Shown here: positions 61,867 through 64,000 of the stretch, piece after piece
How positions within the stretch are numbered: the first letter of the stretch is position 1
Layout: the number at the start of each line of letters is the position of its first letter
Assembly: GCA_902602765.1 (NCBI GenBank)
Contig: CACKSH010000007.1
Location: 30,373 to 94,372, forward strand
DNA length: 64,000 bases
Reading direction: 5' to 3'
Source of the DNA: Paracoccaceae bacterium
GTDB taxonomy: Bacteria; Pseudomonadota; Alphaproteobacteria; Rhodobacterales; Rhodobacteraceae
Position numbers and translations under genes: made by a program
Notes under the pieces: generated by a model
The model's input: the letters and a program-made list of their open reading frames with translations, nothing else
Told to the model about the DNA's origin: nothing
Databases searched by the model: none

Positions 61867-63050
61867 TTTTTAAGAACATCCAAAACCAGCCGCCTGATAA
61901 GATACTAGCTTTAATGACAGCATTTAAAGATGATCCAAGAGAGCAAAAGCTTGATCTTGGTGTAGGTGTTTACAAAGATTCTAATGGTAACACTCCGATA
62001 ATGAGGTCTATTAAAGCAGCTGAAAAAAAATGGTGGGAGATCGAAAATAGTAAATCATACGTTGGTTTGGTAGGGGATCCAGCTTTCTCAGACGCCATAA
62101 TATCATTAGTCCTCGGAAGTAACATACCAAAAAATCTTATAGCATCAGCAGCAACTCCTGGAGGAACTGGTGCTGTCAGACAAGGATTTGAACTATTTAA
62201 AATCGCTAACTCTGACGTACGAGTTTTTGTATCAGATCCAACATGGCCTAATCACATTTCAATACTAAAATACTTAAATATCCCATGTAAAACCTATCGA
62301 TATTTTGACAATGAGACTCGGGGTGTTGATTTTGATTCCATGGTAGCTGATCTGTCTCGCGCGAAGGCTGGTGATGTTGTTTTGCTACATGGTTGCTGCC
62401 ATAACCCAACTGGCGCCAATTTGAATAAGCAGCAATGGCAGATAATCATTGAATTGTTAAACAAGAGTGGTGCGACACCTATGATTGATTTAGCTTATCA
62501 AGGCTTTGGTGATGGGCTGGAGGACGACGCATATGCGACACGGTTGATTGCCGAGTCGGTGCCCGAAACGGTGATAGCGTCAAGCTGTTCAAAGAATTTT
62601 GGAATTTATCGAGAAAGGGCAGGGCTATTAATGCTTGTCTCGCAAGATAGTTCTAGACGCAAGATAAACCAAAGTATGTTAGCATTTTTAAACCGCCAGA
62701 ATTATTCTTTTCCTCCTGATCACGGATCAAGGCTTGTTTCAATAGTTTTGAATGATATTGACCTACGTTGTGATTGGATGTCTGAGTTAGAGGATATCCG
62801 TAATTCCCTGCTAAATTTAAGAATTCAGCTTTCTGATGAACTACAAAGGATCTCTGGATCTGATCGTTTCAGTTTTATCGCTTCGCACAGAGGAATGTTT
62901 TCGCGTCTTGGCGCTACACCCTCACAAGTGGAAAAAATGCGTAAAGAATTTGGGATCTACATGGTATCTGACAGTCGTTTTAATGTTGCTGGGCTTAATT
63001 GTAAAACAGTCCCTGCGTTGGCAAAAGCAATTATAGAAACAGGTCTTTGA
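61863..63050 (+). CDS. Aromatic/aspartate aminotransferase (class I, TyrB/AspC type)
   Basis: DLGVGVYKD, HGCCHNPTG, DLAYQGFG, SCSKNFGIYRER; ATGA overlap with sseA. Confidence 0.92.
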   Translation: MIFKNIQNQPPDKILALMTAFKDDPREQKLDLGVGVYKDSNGNTPIMRSIKAAEKKWWEIENSKSYVGLVGDPAFSDAIISLVLGSNIPKNLIASAATPGGTGAVRQGFELFKIANSDVRVFVSDPTWPNHISILKYLNIPCKTYRYFDNETRGVDFDSMVADLSRAKAGDVVLLHGCCHNPTGANLNKQQWQIIIELLNKSGATPMIDLAYQGFGDGLEDDAYATRLIAESVPETVIASSCSKNFGIYRERAGLLMLVSQDSSRRKINQSMLAFLNRQNYSFPPDHGSRLVSIVLNDIDLRCDWMSELEDIRNSLLNLRIQLSDELQRISGSDRFSFIASHRGMFSRLGATPSQVEKMRKEFGIYMVSDSRFNVAGLNCKTVPALAKAIIETGL

Positions 63051-63073
63051 TGTTATTTTAATTTCGTTTGTTT

Positions 63074-64000
63074 CTAGGTTAGATAAATGTCATCAAAACA
63101 AATTTCTTCAATTTTCCTTCGTCCAATCATGGCCATTGCAACTGATGTCTCTTTGCATAGATAATCAATATAATTTTCGATGCCATGTTGATTGTTTGCT
63201 GCGTACGCAAGAGACCATGGCCTGCCCATAAAAGCAAAATTTGCTCCCAGGGCATATGCTTTAACCAAATCTTCTCCATTTCTCAGTCCTGAGTCATAAA
63301 AAATATGTACATCATCCCCTAAAGCTTTCCTAATTTTTGGTAAAATTTCAATTGGGTGTGGAGCAGAGGCTAATTGTCGGCCTCCATGGCTTGAGACGTA
63401 TATTCCATCAACACCCATGCCGTGCATGTTTTTTGCATCTTCAGTGTTCAATACGCCTTTTATAACTAATTTATTTGGCCATTGATCCCGAAGATACCTT
63501 AAGAAGTCCCAATCTGCGCCAGCTCGAGAGGCATCACGGTTGAAGCTATTTGTATCTTTAAAATTTCCAAATTTTGGAGGACCGTTTATTAGTGTCTTTA
63601 TTGACCAGGTGGGATGCATAGCGAAATCGACAATTTGCTTCGGTCCAAATTTAAAGGGAATCTTTAGACCGTTTCGTATTTCGTTCGGTCTAAAACCGAT
63701 TTCTGGGACATCTACCGTAAAAATCAGATTTTTATACCCAGCCGTAACTATCCTATTTAGAAGTTTTTTAAGTTCTGTTTTGTCTGCCATGTAATAGAGC
63801 TGAAACCAGGCATATCCTCTCGAATATTCAGCATACTTTTCCAAAGACATAGAAGAAGCCGTAGATACACCAACCGGAATTTCATATTTGGCAGCGCATT
63901 TTGCGAATGCCTCATCTGCTCCCGCTCCCGCCATTTGGACCATACCCATTGGAGCTATGCCAATTGGCAACTTTGATGGTATGCGGAAGATTTTGTGGTT
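63074..64000 (-). CDS. FMN-dependent alpha-hydroxy acid dehydrogenase (LldD/mandelate dehydrogenase family), 5' end outside window
   Basis: APMG, WFQLY, TVDVP, IKG, SSHGGRQL, DSG.R, GRPW; frame is open to the window edge. Confidence 0.9.
   Translation of the reverse strand, partial: NHKIFRIPSKLPIGIAPMGMVQMAGAGADEAFAKCAAKYEIPVGVSTASSMSLEKYAEYSRGYAWFQLYYMADKTELKKLLNRIVTAGYKNLIFTVDVPEIGFRPNEIRNGLKIPFKFGPKQIVDFAMHPTWSIKTLINGPPKFGNFKDTNSFNRDASRAGADWDFLRYLRDQWPNKLVIKGVLNTEDAKNMHGMGVDGIYVSSHGGRQLASAPHPIEILPKIRKALGDDVHIFYDSGLRNGEDLVKAYALGANFAFMGRPWSLAYAANNQHGIENYIDYLCKETSVAMAMIGRRKIEEICFDDIYLT

Noticed and set aside
1-64000. CRISPR arrays, tRNA/rRNA, IS elements, prophage, defence systems
   Set aside because: No regularly spaced repeats, cloverleaf or rRNA-like stretches, transposases, integrases or nuclease-type genes seen; almost all sequence is explained by housekeeping CDS

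Overview
A gene-dense, AT-rich (roughly high-30s % GC by eye, not computed) core-chromosome segment of a marine alphaproteobacterium. The proteins look most like Rhodobacterales (Roseobacter group), and the very short or overlapping spacers suggest a streamlined pelagic lineage. About 60 CDS, in order: recF-dnaN-dnaA, rpsT, enoyl-CoA hydratase, mutM, ubiE-ubiB, gshA, rsmE/ubiA, a BON-like repeat OmpA protein with a small coiled-coil partner, pgsA-moaD-moaE, aroQ, uppP, gltD-gltB, carB, aspS-mce, pip/ubiG, petP-petR/ilvE/petABC, an uncharacterised two-gene operon (about 570 aa plus DUF3726-like), an adenylate-forming enzyme and an atypical thiolase abutting bioMNY, an L,D-transpeptidase/CAP/L,D-transpeptidase triplet, tandem ABC exporters, hslO-NUDIX-cca, ilvA, argG, rlmN, IalB, a class 3 asparaginase, a pseudouridine synthase, a class III aminotransferase, smpB, sseA plus aminotransferase, and a partial FMN alpha-hydroxy acid dehydrogenase. 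I saw no rRNA, tRNA, CRISPR array, IS or prophage. Best candidates for undescribed biology: (1) the BioMNY plus truncated adenylating enzyme plus thiolase lacking its second catalytic Cys (YhfT/YhfS-like, possibly a biotin-vitamer processing pathway); (2) the translationally coupled 570-aa/DUF3726-like pair; (3) a GANTC-rich promoter and structured leader upstream of dnaA. All calls come from motif recognition without database searches. Several starts were moved from the ORF track to the more plausible codon.
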